Notes: generated by a model not told the origin, from the letters alone. A stretch of 64,000 nucleotides of DNA from Thermostichus sp. DRC_bins_24 (GCA_039794845.1 JAUQVK010000067.1:32001-96000), one strand, 5' to 3'. Positions 43,745-54,359 are shown, counted from the first letter of the stretch. Numbers and translations are program-made.

Positions 43745-44035
43745 TTAACCCAAGGCCTTGAAGGGATCCGCGTATTGAATGGTTCCAGACCGATCCTGTA
43801 GGGATCCCGGCCTCAATTTCAACACCATAAATGCCTCTTCCGGTACTTCATATCCACATTGCCCCCCCATTCAGCAGCAGTTCTAAAGCCAAAGCGGTGG
43901 TAAAGGTGAGGGTGATTCAATACCACAACCCCATCCCAAAACCTGCCTCAGTAGGAGTTCCAAAAGCCACCCCATGAATGGCGTAAATGGCCTCTAGATC
44001 TTGGGAACGTTCAGCTCGAATGTGGAACGTGCTTG
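43745..44035 (-). pseudogene. YhbS-like GNAT N-acetyltransferase remnant (internal deletion plus frameshift)
   Basis: Minus-strand pieces IRAERSQDLEAIYAIHGVAFGTPTEAG / VVVLNHPHLYHRFGFRTAAEWG / CGYEVPEEAFMVLKLRPGSL...GTIQY..PF-stop. Confidence 0.7.
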
Positions 44036-44048
44036 GATGTATGAACAG

Positions 44049-45227
44049 CTACTCAATCGGGATAAATTGCAACAGGGATCCCGCCGAAATGAGGTGAGCC
44101 GGCACAGCATCTACACCGGGGATCCGATGCGCCACCAACACACAGCGATCCTGCGGGGTTAAACGAAAGGAAACTTCGGGGATAGGATCCTTGAGAAGGG
44201 GATCCCCGACAAAGGTAAGCTGTGCCAACACAGCCAGAAGATGATCTTGATGGGCCAAATCAGCGGCAAATCGAGTTCGTTCTTGCAAGGTGACCAACGC
44301 AACTGGGTGACCTTCTTGAATCAGATAAGAAAGGATCCCGGCACAACGTTCCACCGCCCGTTCTAATCGGTCTCGATGGCTTTCGGGGCTTTCTTCCAGG
44401 GGCTGCCAGCGATTTTCAAAACACAGGGTGATCGCCTGGGAGCGAGGACGCTCCAACTCCCGAGTAATCAGTTGATCCCGTTTGGCGGAAATCTTCCAAT
44501 GGATAGAACGCGCATCATCTTGAGGACGATATTGCCGCAAACTCAGGTAGTCTCCCTCTTGGCCAGGTTGCGGGCGTAATTGACTGCCGCCACTGAGTTG
44601 ATCCAATACCAATAAGCCGTTGACAGGAGCTGGCCGAGGAAACACGATTACCGTTTGGGGATCGACAATTTCCACCCCCTTGCGGAATAGCTCAAAGGGA
44701 AAACTGGTGGCGATTTCAAAGCCCTGCAACTGCCATAGCCCCCGCCTCGGAAAGGTATGTCGATAAAAGCTCTTCACACTGGAACGGGCATCAACCCGCA
44801 ACACATAGCTTGAAGGCCAATCTTCCCGCTTCACCCCCTCGATGCGTTCACTCACCTGTAACGAAAAACTGGAAAACCGGCGTTTACGGCTGGTGAGGGT
44901 TAGGCCGACCAAAATGGGCTGACCGGCAAAAATGCGAGTGGGCAACTGCCGACTCACCTCCAGATCTTTCAGGGTGGCCTCGGAGAGGGTCCCGCTGATC
45001 AAAATTAAGCTGAGCAGCATTCCCAGCAACAGATAAAGAAGGTTATTGCCGGTATTAAAAGCAGCAATACTCACCAAGAGAGTGATCACAACAAAACGCC
45101 GCCCAATACGAGTAAATCGGAAACGGCGCGGAAAATGAAATCTTTGCCTGGATCCCAACGTGGCCGGGGACGATTTAAAGAGCAATTTGAAGATCAAAGA
45201 TAACTTGTCAGATAACTTAGATAACAC
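44049..45227 (-). CDS. DUF58 domain membrane protein
   Basis: AAFNTGNNLLYL and LRQYRPQDDARSIHWKISAK motifs; true start probably further downstream. Confidence 0.85.
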   Translation of the reverse strand: MLSKLSDKLSLIFKLLFKSSPATLGSRQRFHFPRRFRFTRIGRRFVVITLLVSIAAFNTGNNLLYLLLGMLLSLILISGTLSEATLKDLEVSRQLPTRIFAGQPILVGLTLTSRKRRFSSFSLQVSERIEGVKREDWPSSYVLRVDARSSVKSFYRHTFPRRGLWQLQGFEIATSFPFELFRKGVEIVDPQTVIVFPRPAPVNGLLVLDQLSGGSQLRPQPGQEGDYLSLRQYRPQDDARSIHWKISAKRDQLITRELERPRSQAITLCFENRWQPLEESPESHRDRLERAVERCAGILSYLIQEGHPVALVTLQERTRFAADLAHQDHLLAVLAQLTFVGDPLLKDPIPEVSFRLTPQDRCVLVAHRIPGVDAVPAHLISAGSLLQFIPIE

Positions 45228-45508
45228 CGTAGTAGCTCGAACACTACCTTTGTTCTATCAGGGATCCCCAATTCCTGCACTGCAGATCGATCACCCCAGA
45301 GGTGCCCGCCAGAACTCCAGCACCGCCAAATTTCTGTCTGATCACCCACCGAAGACAGAGCACAAACAGCAGAGCAGCGATGAGTTTGGCCAGCAACAGC
45401 ACCATGAGGGAAAACTCAAGAAGGACAAAGGGTAGGAATCCTAACAAACACAGCAGCCAGCTGTTGCCTAAGCTACCCCGCTCAACAAAGCCCTCCCCGG
45501 GCAACAGG

Positions 45509-47200
45509 TCACGGGTTGAGAGCCAGTTGCACCTGTTCTTCCGTTAGCTCTCGAATCAAGGTGGTGCGCAGTGGGGCAGGCGTTAAGGTCTCGGCATAGA
45601 AAGAGTTTAGATAGACAGAATAGTCTTCCGTCCGGGTCTCAACATCCAAATAGGTTTTGAAAAAAGCCGTCGTCAAACCCTTCAGCAACGGGCGCGCCGC
45701 CTGGGGATCCGGCCCGATCAACTCCTGAGGCACCGGAAAAGCCCCCTGCCCTCCCCCCCCCAAAAAGGTGAAATGGGTGGATCCCTCTACCATAACTAGG
45801 TAGCGCTGCAGGGATCCCAGCCAGGTAAAGGGTTCGATTTGTTCTGCTAGAGAGGGGGCAAAGTAGTCTTCGCTGCCGGCCATCATCATCACCGGGATCC
45901 CCACTTGGCTCAGTCCTTCCGGCCCAAACACCGTGCTGGTGAGGGGGTTGAGGGCAAACACCGCCTGGATCCGCGCATCCGTTAGCTGTTCCACCCGTTC
46001 TGCCAAATCAGGATCCCGAAACACCTCCAGCGCCCGGCATTGCAGCAGCAGAGAAGCATTCAGAGTCAGCCCCAAGGAATTGGAGGTTTGGCAGTTTTCC
46101 TGCAAGCGGGTTGGATTCAGTCCAGCCCCCGCCGCCGCCAACACCGTGTACCCTCCAAAAGATTGGCCGAACAACCCCACCGACTGCAGATTCAACCGGC
46201 CCCAGCGGCTCGGGTCTTGTTGGGCCTTCTGCTCCAGCTCATCCAACAGCAGAGAAATATCCTTGGGCCGCGCCACCCACTCGTAGGATCCCGGCAAAGA
46301 GCCAAACCCCGACAAAAAGCTGCGCACACGCTCCACATCGGTACCCGGATGCTCCAACACCGCCACCCCCAACCCCTGGGAGGCCAAATGGCGGGCCAAG
46401 TAGGCAAAGGTATTGCGATCCGAGGCGATGCCATGGGAGATCACCACCAACGGGATCCGCCCTACTCCTTCCGGCAAATACACATCCACGGCTACAGGGG
46501 TATCTCGTTCCGGGTTGGCAAAGTGGAAACTCTCCACTTGCCACTCATAAGCGCCCGGTTGTTCGGGATTAAGGCTAGGTTGAGTCGAGTTTTGGGAGGC
46601 CGAGTTGGCAGGGGCCAAGTAGGCCAACGATGCCGACTGAGCTTCGCGACTGGCCTCTGCTCGCAGCCCTTCGATCACCAAATCCCGTTGGCGAAACAGT
46701 TGGCTGGCCTCCCGCACGATACGAATGCTCATGTCCAGGTCGATCCGCAGCTTCTCCAGGGGGTAGTAGCGCAAAATGTTGACCAACGTCAGCCCGTCGG
46801 GATCCCCTGCGGCCAAAATCAGGGCTGCCCGCAAGGCGTAAAACTCCGCCTCTCCGCCGCTAGAAGAATGCAACACCAGGGTCAACCGCCGCAGCAGATC
46901 TTCCCCAATTGCGGAGTAGGTGAACTGGCTCACCGTCACTTGGTTGAGGTTAAAGTCTCGTGTCAGCAAATCCGCCAAAGCGGCCTGTTGCTCAGGAGTA
47001 AGCCGCCGCAGATAAAAATCCAGCCGCCGACTGACGGTGCCATGGCGGGCAAATTCGGCCAGATCCTCCACAGGCAAGGAAACTTCGATTAAGGGGGGCA
47101 AAAACACCGCCAAGCGCTCGGCAGCCCACACCTGGCTCAGTCCGGCCAAAACCGTCCCCAGTCCCAGTCCCAAAGCCCACAGCCCCCGTGGCCAATTCAT
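45509..47200 (-). CDS. Alpha/beta hydrolase with an N-terminal DUF1400 domain
   Basis: AAERL, ALRAALILAA, VVISHG and GQSFGG nucleophile elbow. Confidence 0.87.
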   Translation of the reverse strand: MNWPRGLWALGLGLGTVLAGLSQVWAAERLAVFLPPLIEVSLPVEDLAEFARHGTVSRRLDFYLRRLTPEQQAALADLLTRDFNLNQVTVSQFTYSAIGEDLLRRLTLVLHSSSGGEAEFYALRAALILAAGDPDGLTLVNILRYYPLEKLRIDLDMSIRIVREASQLFRQRDLVIEGLRAEASREAQSASLAYLAPANSASQNSTQPSLNPEQPGAYEWQVESFHFANPERDTPVAVDVYLPEGVGRIPLVVISHGIASDRNTFAYLARHLASQGLGVAVLEHPGTDVERVRSFLSGFGSLPGSYEWVARPKDISLLLDELEQKAQQDPSRWGRLNLQSVGLFGQSFGGYTVLAAAGAGLNPTRLQENCQTSNSLGLTLNASLLLQCRALEVFRDPDLAERVEQLTDARIQAVFALNPLTSTVFGPEGLSQVGIPVMMMAGSEDYFAPSLAEQIEPFTWLGSLQRYLVMVEGSTHFTFLGGGGQGAFPVPQELIGPDPQAARPLLKGLTTAFFKTYLDVETRTEDYSVYLNSFYAETLTPAPLRTTLIRELTEEQVQLALNP

Positions 47201-47203
47201 GGC

Positions 47204-47824
47204 TTACAACACCCCCTTCGAGCTAGGGATCCCTTCTTGGCGGCGGGGATCCCGTTCTGTGGCCATGCGCAGGGCGCGGGCAAACGCCTTAAAACTGGCC
47301 TCGACAATGTGATGGGCATTGATCCCGGCCACCTGACGCAGGTGCAAGGTGATCTGAGCGTGGTTCACTACCGCCTGATAAAACTCCCGCACCAACTGGG
47401 TTTCGTAGCGGCCAATCCGCTCACTGGTCAGCTCCAATCCGTAGCTGAGGTGAGGGCGACCGGAAAAATCCAACACCACCTGCACCAAGGCCTCATCCAA
47501 AGGGGCCCAAAAATGGCCGAAGCGCTGAATACCGCGCCGATCCTGGAGGGCTTGCGCCAGGGCTTGCCCGAGGGTAATGCCCACATCTTCGTTGGTGTGG
47601 TGATCGTCAACGTGCAGATCCCCAATTGCTTTGACCGTCAGGTCGAAGAGACCGTGGGTGCTGAGCTGAGCCAGCATGTGATCCAGAAAAGGGATCCCGG
47701 TGTCGATCTCGTGTTGGCCCTGGCCATCCAAGTTGAGTTGAATGTGAACGTCGGTCTCTCCGGTGCGGCGGTGAACAGAAGCCATTCGCGGCTGGAGCAA
47801 ACGGGAGGAGTCAATGGCAGTCAT
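47204..47824 (-). CDS. hisB: Imidazoleglycerol-phosphate dehydratase
   Basis: [20 protein letters not shown] and [11 protein letters not shown] motifs; start at 47824 or 47785. Confidence 0.96.
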   Translation of the reverse strand: MTAIDSSRLLQPRMASVHRRTGETDVHIQLNLDGQGQHEIDTGIPFLDHMLAQLSTHGLFDLTVKAIGDLHVDDHHTNEDVGITLGQALAQALQDRRGIQRFGHFWAPLDEALVQVVLDFSGRPHLSYGLELTSERIGRYETQLVREFYQAVVNHAQITLHLRQVAGINAHHIVEASFKAFARALRMATERDPRRQEGIPSSKGVL

Positions 47825-48048
47825 GAGGATGGCGTGAAGGCAGCAACAGGCGCAGGCCCAGCTCCAGAATCGCACAAGCCCCCGAGTTTCGACATCTTCA
47901 AGTTCTGGGGATCCGCAGATTTCCCCCGCAGGTAACCCGTCAATGCCCTTGGATCCCGGCTGAGGATCCCTATACTGGAGTAGAGACACTGGAAGGGGTC
48001 GGAACGGCAAGGGTAGCATTAGGGCAGACCGCTAGGGGGAGAGATCAG

Positions 48049-48810
48049 ATGGGATTGTTCGATCGGGTCAGCCGAATCATCAGATCCAACATCAATGCGC
48101 TGGTCAGTAGCGCCGAGGATCCAGAGAAAATCCTGAACCAAACCATCCAGGATATGTCCGAGGATCATTATCAGATGCGGCAAGCCGTCGCCCAGGCCAT
48201 TGCTAGCCAAAAGCGCATGGAGCGACAGTATGAGCAGGCTGTGCAAAGCGTTAATGAATGGCAAAGCCGCGCTGAATTGGCCCTGCGCAACAACAATGAG
48301 GCCCTAGCCCGTGAAGCTTTGGTGCGCAAGAAAACCTTCGCCGAAACCGCCCAGAGCATGAAGCGGCAGCTGGATGAGCAGACCAAGCAGGTGGAGATTC
48401 TGCGCACCAACATGACCAAGCTGGAGAGCAAGATCTCCGAGGCCAAGACCAAGAAAGATATGCTGATTGCTCGGGCACGCTCGGCCAAAGCCTCTCAGCA
48501 GATCAACGAGGTGATCGGGCGGGTCAACACCACCAATGCCTTCTCCGCTTTTGAACGGATGGAAGAAAAGGTGAACTCCCTAGAAGCCCAGTCTGCGGCA
48601 GTGGCGGAGCTGGCGGTCGACAACCTAGAGGATCAGTTTGCGGCCCTAGAAGCGGGCGGATCGGATGTGGATCACGAGCTGCTGATGCTCAAAGCCGCAG
48701 TACAGGGCCAGTTGCCCTCCGGGGATTCGAAAACCCCGGCCCGGCAATCCGGCGGCGATGAGGTGGATGTGGAGTTGGAAAACTTGCGCAAGGAGATCGA
48801 TCAGCTCTGA
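48049..48810 (+). CDS. vipp1: Vipp1/IM30 (PspA family)
   Basis: MGLFDRVSRIIRSNIN..AEDPEKIL and AFERMEEKV motifs; extra C-terminal helix VDVELENLRKEIDQL. Confidence 0.9.
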   Translation: MGLFDRVSRIIRSNINALVSSAEDPEKILNQTIQDMSEDHYQMRQAVAQAIASQKRMERQYEQAVQSVNEWQSRAELALRNNNEALAREALVRKKTFAETAQSMKRQLDEQTKQVEILRTNMTKLESKISEAKTKKDMLIARARSAKASQQINEVIGRVNTTNAFSAFERMEEKVNSLEAQSAAVAELAVDNLEDQFAALEAGGSDVDHELLMLKAAVQGQLPSGDSKTPARQSGGDEVDVELENLRKEIDQL

Positions 48811-48940
48811 ACGAGCTCTGAACGGGTAGGACGTTGTGCCTTCCCTAGCCCCTGGGGATCTCCTCTTCTTGATGGAGCTGAGTGCAGGTAAAGTCTTCGT
48901 AGCTTGGGGGACACGGGGTGGTACGCTAACCCACAAGTAT

Positions 48941-48969
48941 CTCAACCCGCCTTTTTTGGTGGGGTTGAG
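48941..48969 (+). terminator. Hairpin between vipp1 and the pentapeptide gene
   Basis: CTCAACCCGCC-TTTTTT-GGTGGGGTTGAG; no U tail, so function is uncertain. Confidence 0.35.
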
Positions 48970-49036
48970 GCGGCTTCAAGATAGCCTACCTGCGGTTTTG
49001 CGAGAGAATGCGAGAGAACAAAGAGAACAAGCAGCG

Positions 49037-49501
49037 ATGACGACAGCGAGTATCAAGCCCCTCCTCAACGCCAAGCAACTGTTGCAGGCCTATGCCTCTG
49101 GCCAGCGCGATTTTTCCGGATCCAATCTCAGTGGGGCTCAGCTAAGCGGGGTGAATTTGAAGGGCATCATCCTGCGGGATGCCGACTTGAGTGGGGCGGA
49201 CTTGCGCGAGTCAGACTTGTCGGGGGCGGATCTCACAGGGGCCGATCTGCGCGGGGCCAAGTTGCGGCGGGTGAACCTGATCGGGGCCAAGTTGGTCAAG
49301 GCGGATCTTCGTGGAGCCAATCTCTACCGGGCCAAGTTGTTGCGGGCAGATTTGACCGAGGCAGAACTGAACCGAGCGGATTTGCGCATTGGGGCGGATT
49401 TGCGCGGAGCCACCATTACCAATACCCATTTCCGGGGTGCCCTCTACGATGAGTACACCAAGTTCCCGGATGGCTTTAACCCGGCTGAGATGGGAATGTA
49501 G
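49037..49501 (+). CDS. Pentapeptide repeat protein
   Basis: LLQAYASGQRDF followed by A(D/N)LxG repeats. Confidence 0.9.
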   Translation: MTTASIKPLLNAKQLLQAYASGQRDFSGSNLSGAQLSGVNLKGIILRDADLSGADLRESDLSGADLTGADLRGAKLRRVNLIGAKLVKADLRGANLYRAKLLRADLTEAELNRADLRIGADLRGATITNTHFRGALYDEYTKFPDGFNPAEMGM

Positions 49502-49510
49502 GGGACCCTC

Positions 49511-50626
49511 TCAGGCTTGGGCGCGATAAAACGGGCGCTTCACCACCTCGGCAGGCCAGCGTCGTCCGCGAATCTCGATCTCCAGCTGGGATCCCACCTT
49601 TGCCCAATCGGGGCCAACATATCCCAGACCAATGCCATAGCCCAAACTGGGGGAATGGGTACCACTGCTGACCCGCCCAATCGGCTCAGGATGTCCGGTG
49701 GCCCAAATGGTATGGCCTGTACGGGGAATGGCCCGTTCCATCATGCGAAAGCCCACCAGCCGACGGGGGATCCCTTGCTCCCGTTGGGTCTCTAGGGCTG
49801 CTTTGCCAATGTAATCCTCTGGATTGTTCACCAGCCAAGCCAAACCCGCTTCCAAAGGGGTGGTGCTCTCGTCCATATCCTGTCCATACAGATGCAAGGC
49901 CGCCTCCAAGCGCAAGCTATCCCGGCAGCCCAAGCCACAGGGTGGAACACCCGCTTGCATTAGGCACTCCCAAAGGCGGATGCCATCCTTGGGGTTGAGC
50001 ATCACCTCAAAGCCGTCTTCCCCGGTGTAGCCCGTGCGAGCCACAAAGATCGTCTCTTGCGAAAACCCTTCTCCGCCGCCAAATTGTCCATGTTGAAAAC
50101 GCCCCAACTCCGCCAGGGATCCCTGTAAATGGGGTTGCAAGGCAGGTTCAGCCTCTCGCCCCTGCACCGCCAACAACACCTGAGAGAGGGAATGATCCTG
50201 CATTTTGACGCCAGGGATCCCACTCAGATGCTGGCTGAGCCACTCCCAATCCTTTTGGCGGGTGGCGGCGTTAACGATCACGCTCCAGTGCTCCACCTCA
50301 CCCTCTGGGGGATGTTTATAAAAAATCACATCATCCAGAATGCCCCCCTGCGGGTTGAGCAACACCGTGTAGCGGCCGGAGCCCACGGGTAAGGAGCTGA
50401 GATCGGTGGGCAGCAAGCGGTTCAACTGGGATCCCAACCCCGGCCCCAAGAGGGTGAATTTACCCATGTGGGAAATATCAAAGACCCCTACCCGCTCTCG
50501 GACGGCCCGATGCTCCGCCACCACCCCCTGATACTGCACCGGCATTTCCCAGCCGGAGAAAGGCACAAAACGCGCCCCCAACGCTTGATGGTGGGCAAAC
50601 AGGGGGGTGTGTTGCAGTGAGCTCAT
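49511..50626 (-). CDS. gcvT: Glycine cleavage system T protein
   Basis: FSGWEMPVQY, FDISHMG, ARTGYTGEDGFE and GLGCRDSLRLEA motifs. Confidence 0.96.
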   Translation of the reverse strand: MSSLQHTPLFAHHQALGARFVPFSGWEMPVQYQGVVAEHRAVRERVGVFDISHMGKFTLLGPGLGSQLNRLLPTDLSSLPVGSGRYTVLLNPQGGILDDVIFYKHPPEGEVEHWSVIVNAATRQKDWEWLSQHLSGIPGVKMQDHSLSQVLLAVQGREAEPALQPHLQGSLAELGRFQHGQFGGGEGFSQETIFVARTGYTGEDGFEVMLNPKDGIRLWECLMQAGVPPCGLGCRDSLRLEAALHLYGQDMDESTTPLEAGLAWLVNNPEDYIGKAALETQREQGIPRRLVGFRMMERAIPRTGHTIWATGHPEPIGRVSSGTHSPSLGYGIGLGYVGPDWAKVGSQLEIEIRGRRWPAEVVKRPFYRAQA

Positions 50627-50693
50627 GAAGGGATCCACGAAAGGGCAAGGACTAGAATAAACTCACCGTCGCACATCTTTTGGAGCCGATACC

Positions 50694-51125
50694 ATGCGTC
50701 TTCTCCACACCATGATCCGCGTTGGCAATCTGGAACGCTCCCTGCAGTTCTATTGCGAGGTTTTGGGGATGCGCCTGCTGCGCAAAAAGGATTACCCAAC
50801 GGGGGAGTTCACCCTGGCCTTTGTCGGCTACGGAGAGGAATCGGATACGGCAGTGATCGAGCTCACCCACAACTGGGGTACCGACCACTATGACCTGGGC
50901 AACGGCTACGGTCACATTGCCCTAGGGGTAGAGGATATCTACAGCACCTGTGAGGCCATCAAAGCCCGTGGCGGCAAGGTGGTGCGGGAACCCGGCCCCA
51001 TGAAACACGGCAGCACCGTCATTGCCTTTGTCGAGGATCCGGATGGCTACAAGATCGAGCTGATCCAGACCCAAACTTTGACCCCAGAACCGGAAGAAGT
51101 AACGGCAGTGGGCAGTGCTGCTTAG
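50694..51125 (+). CDS. gloA: Lactoylglutathione lyase (glyoxalase I)
   Basis: [21 protein letters not shown] and [10 protein letters not shown] motifs. Confidence 0.95.
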   Translation: MRLLHTMIRVGNLERSLQFYCEVLGMRLLRKKDYPTGEFTLAFVGYGEESDTAVIELTHNWGTDHYDLGNGYGHIALGVEDIYSTCEAIKARGGKVVREPGPMKHGSTVIAFVEDPDGYKIELIQTQTLTPEPEEVTAVGSAA

Positions 51126-51151
51126 GCCAAGTTCCGCGTTCATCCTCAGCG

Positions 51152-52303
51152 CTAGTTGGCGGATCCCCCGACGGTCAACTGGCCCAGCACGTTGATGTCG
51201 AAGGTGAAGTTGATGGTAACCGAGTTGCCTTCGTAAGCCTCGGGCAGAGGCAGGTAGGGTGCCGCCCGCTGAATGGCCATCAAAGCCGCGTCATCGGTTT
51301 GCTGGCTTCCTGAAGTCCGACCCAAGCGAATGCTTTGCAAATCTCCGGCTCGACCCACCGTGAAGATCACCACCGTCCGGCGGGAGGTTCCGGTCTGGCC
51401 GGGGATCCAGTTTTGCTCCACTCTTCGCTGTAAGGCTGCTAGCCAAGGGCCCCAGTCCACATTGGCGCGTGCTGCCACACCGGGGGGGTTCGGGGCCGAT
51501 TGGGTGGGGTTAGCCAAGCCACTGGCTCCGCTCCCCTGTACCCCTGCACCATCACTGGGGGCGGAGGCGCTGACCGGAGGGCCCAACTGGGAAGCATCAG
51601 AGGGCCGCTGGGCGGTGGGCGCTTCCGGCAAGGACTGTGGAGCCGGTGGCACCGGTGCCAGTTGACTTAAATCGGAAACCCGCTCGCTCGGCTGTACGGG
51701 CAAAGGCTCAGCAGTTGGGGGAGGGGTGGGCGGTGGGGTTGCAGGGGGCGCCGCCGCCACAGGGGTAGGAGTAGCCGTGGGAATCGGTGTCGGCACAGGA
51801 GTGGGAGGGGGCGGCGCCGGGGTGGGGGTGGCCGTGGGTTGCGGGGGAGCGGGCGTGGGCGTGGGTGTCGGTGTGGGAGGTGGCGTGGGCGTGGGTGTTG
51901 CAATTGCTACTTCAGCCGGTGCGGGCGGGGGTGGGACGGGGGCCGGCTGCTCCGGTTGCGGGGGCTGGGGTTGGGGGGGTGGGGGAGCGGGTGCTTCTTG
52001 AGGAGGAGCGGCTTGCGACTGGGGCGGGCTACCCTGGGAAGGAGGGGCTTCTAGGCGTTCACCCCCATCGCGGGAATCCACATCGGAAACCAGATCGGCC
52101 TCGTCCGGTGGCTCGAGATCTTCGGGATCCAGCAGGATAAACTCAATCGCTTCTTGTTCCGGCTCTCGGATCCACCACAGACGACCCAGATAGAGAAGGC
52201 CCAGCAGCAGCAGAACGTGCAGCAGCAGTGACAGCGCCACCATCCAAAAAAAGTTGCGAGATTCGTCCTCTCGGCGGCGCTGTTCAACCAAAGTGCTGGT
52301 CAT
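51152..52303 (-). CDS. TonB/TolA-family protein
   Basis: N-terminal SLLLH TM helix, Pro-rich linker and C-terminal TSGS...DDAAL.AI.RAAP...INFTF domain. Confidence 0.85.
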   Translation of the reverse strand: MTSTLVEQRRREDESRNFFWMVALSLLLHVLLLLGLLYLGRLWWIREPEQEAIEFILLDPEDLEPPDEADLVSDVDSRDGGERLEAPPSQGSPPQSQAAPPQEAPAPPPPQPQPPQPEQPAPVPPPPAPAEVAIATPTPTPPPTPTPTPTPAPPQPTATPTPAPPPPTPVPTPIPTATPTPVAAAPPATPPPTPPPTAEPLPVQPSERVSDLSQLAPVPPAPQSLPEAPTAQRPSDASQLGPPVSASAPSDGAGVQGSGASGLANPTQSAPNPPGVAARANVDWGPWLAALQRRVEQNWIPGQTGTSRRTVVIFTVGRAGDLQSIRLGRTSGSQQTDDAALMAIQRAAPYLPLPEAYEGNSVTINFTFDINVLGQLTVGGSAN

Positions 52304-52555
52304 GGCCAGAATTGCCCTTCCCTGTTTTTTACGCTCTCAACACACCGAGTTGTTCTGTTGCAGACTCGGCCACACTAGCTAGTGTTATAACATCCCGTCT
52401 GTTTTGGCCTCTGCGCAAAGGCGTACAGTCCACCTCGGGGTTGAGAAGGGATCCGACCCGGCAGCAGCGGCGACGCCAAAATCGCCTACCCTGAAAAAGC
52501 AGGGATCCCGGTTGTGAGTAGCTAGATTTCCTGATGTGCTGGTTTGGAGTGCCCT

Positions 52556-52990
52556 ATGGAGCCGATCCGCTTTCATCTGGCCTTTCCAGTGGCAGATATT
52601 CCCCGCACCAAAACCTATTACGGGGATGGCTTGGGCTGTGAGATTGGCCGAGAGACTCCCGCTTCGGTCATCCTCAACCTGTACGGGCACCAGCTGGTGG
52701 CCCACCTCACCCACGAAGAACTGATGCCGCAACGGGGCATTTACCCGCGCCATTTTGGCCTGATCTTCCCCGCTGAGGCGGATTGGCAAGCCCTGGCCGA
52801 CCGTGCTCGAGCGCGTGGGTTGGCCTTCTACCAGGAGCCGCGTTGGCGTTTTGTGGGATCCCCATTGGAACACGGCACCTTCTTCTTGCAGGATCCCTTT
52901 TACAACCTGCTGGAGTTCAAGTACTACCGCCACGCTGCTGCCATTTTTGGGGAGCGGCAACTGGCCTGGGTCGGGGATCGGGAGGGATAA
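52556..52990 (+). CDS. VOC/glyoxalase-family protein
   Basis: FHLAFPV, YGHQLVAH, PRHFG and DPFYNLLEFK motifs. Confidence 0.88.
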   Translation: MEPIRFHLAFPVADIPRTKTYYGDGLGCEIGRETPASVILNLYGHQLVAHLTHEELMPQRGIYPRHFGLIFPAEADWQALADRARARGLAFYQEPRWRFVGSPLEHGTFFLQDPFYNLLEFKYYRHAAAIFGERQLAWVGDREG

Positions 52991-52991
52991 T

Positions 52992-53846
52992 TTGGCAACT
53001 CAACCGGCGTGTTCTGGGCCTGTGCGCGGCCCGATTTGGCAGATGGATTTCAACGCTGTGCCGCTGCGGGATGAGCAGGATCGGCGGGTTTGGGAGCTGT
53101 TGGTGTGTGATCCCTCCGGTCAGTTTCGCAGGGCCCGGTATTGCAGCAACCAAGAGGTAAACAGCACGTGGGTAGCCCAGCAACTGCGGCAGTATCTGGA
53201 GCAAGCTCCTCTGCCCCCTGTGGGGATCCGCGTGTTTCGGGCGCGTATGAGCTCCATTTTGCAACGGGCCTGCGATGCGGTCGGGATCCCGATGCTGCCC
53301 AGCCGGCGGGTCTACACCCTCAAGGCTTGGATGCGGGAACGGGCAGAACAGGTTTATCCTCAGGAGACCCAGTTCACCTACAGCCCCGAGCCTGTCATCC
53401 CTCCCGAGCCGCCGGATCCGACTCGCTTACCCGACAAATTACAGGGAGAACGCTGGGCCTTGGTTACCCTGCGGGCGGAGGATTTGCGAGAAGCCGACAC
53501 CTGGCCCATGGAATTCGGGGAGCTCTTCCCGGTTGCCTGGGATACGCTACCTCCGGATACGATCATCCCCGGCCTGGTGATCACCTCCCAGCGAGCCCTG
53601 CCGATGGCAGCCTGGATGAGCGGTATGGAGCCTGCCTACCTGAGTGTGGTGGACGGGCAGTTGCTGTTCGAGGCGGGTCTGAACGAGCGCTATGTGTTCG
53701 CGCAACTGAAAGCAGAAAAACTGCGAGCAGAAGCAGAAGGCTTTGCCAAACGCCAACATCTGGCCCAAGGGATCCACTTTCTCGCTATTCAAACGGATCT
53801 CAAGGCCCAATCTTTTGCCGGGTTTTGGCTGATGCAACACCCCTAA
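52992..53846 (+). CDS. Tab2/Atab2-family RNA-binding protein (DUF1092)
   Basis: IWQMDF...WELLVCD, VNSTW, PSRR and FAGFWLM motifs; TTG start at 52992 after GGAGGG. Confidence 0.85.
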   Translation: MATQPACSGPVRGPIWQMDFNAVPLRDEQDRRVWELLVCDPSGQFRRARYCSNQEVNSTWVAQQLRQYLEQAPLPPVGIRVFRARMSSILQRACDAVGIPMLPSRRVYTLKAWMRERAEQVYPQETQFTYSPEPVIPPEPPDPTRLPDKLQGERWALVTLRAEDLREADTWPMEFGELFPVAWDTLPPDTIIPGLVITSQRALPMAAWMSGMEPAYLSVVDGQLLFEAGLNERYVFAQLKAEKLRAEAEGFAKRQHLAQGIHFLAIQTDLKAQSFAGFWLMQHP

Positions 53847-54214
53847 GACAGGGAACGGGCCGATAGGGCCAAACAAGCCCACCCCATTAGAAAGGCTACT
53901 CCCCCCACCGGCGTAATTGCCCCCAGCCAGCGGATCCCTGTAAAAGCCAGGGCGTAGAGGCTGCCGGAAAACAACAGCACCCCCAACCCAAAGGCCCACC
54001 CTGCCGCCCACAGCAGGGCTGAACTCGGCACCCGTGCCAACAGCAAGGCCACCAAGCCCAAAGCTAGGGCATGAACCATCTGATAGCGCACTGCAGTTTC
54101 CAGCAGATGCAGGGATCCCTCGTTGAGCTGGGTTCGTAAAGCATGTGCGGCAAACGCCCCCATGCCCACCCCCAATCCTCCCAACAGGCCGGCCAGGGCT
54201 AGAAACACTCCCAT
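53843..54214 (-). CDS. DUF423 family membrane protein
   Basis: GAFAAHAL, YQMVHALAL, LFSGSLY and GAITPVGG motifs. Confidence 0.9.
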   Translation of the reverse strand: MGVFLALAGLLGGLGVGMGAFAAHALRTQLNEGSLHLLETAVRYQMVHALALGLVALLLARVPSSALLWAAGWAFGLGVLLFSGSLYALAFTGIRWLGAITPVGGVAFLMGWACLALSARSLS

Positions 54215-54359
54215 CCTCTTGCTCCTCGATCGGGTTTTGTCTGGATCTTTTCTAGCTTCACGGCGGCATCACGGTTTTGCGCCGACTTCGCTTTGCCAAG
54301 CGGCTGTTCTGCTCGAATGGTAAAGGCAACAGCTACAGTAAATACGGAATGGGCATGGG

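Noticed and set aside
45244..45504. Hydrophobic 86-aa minus-strand ORF, faintly like a CobS C-terminus
   Set aside because: Too little motif support to call; it may be a gene fragment and needs an HMM search.
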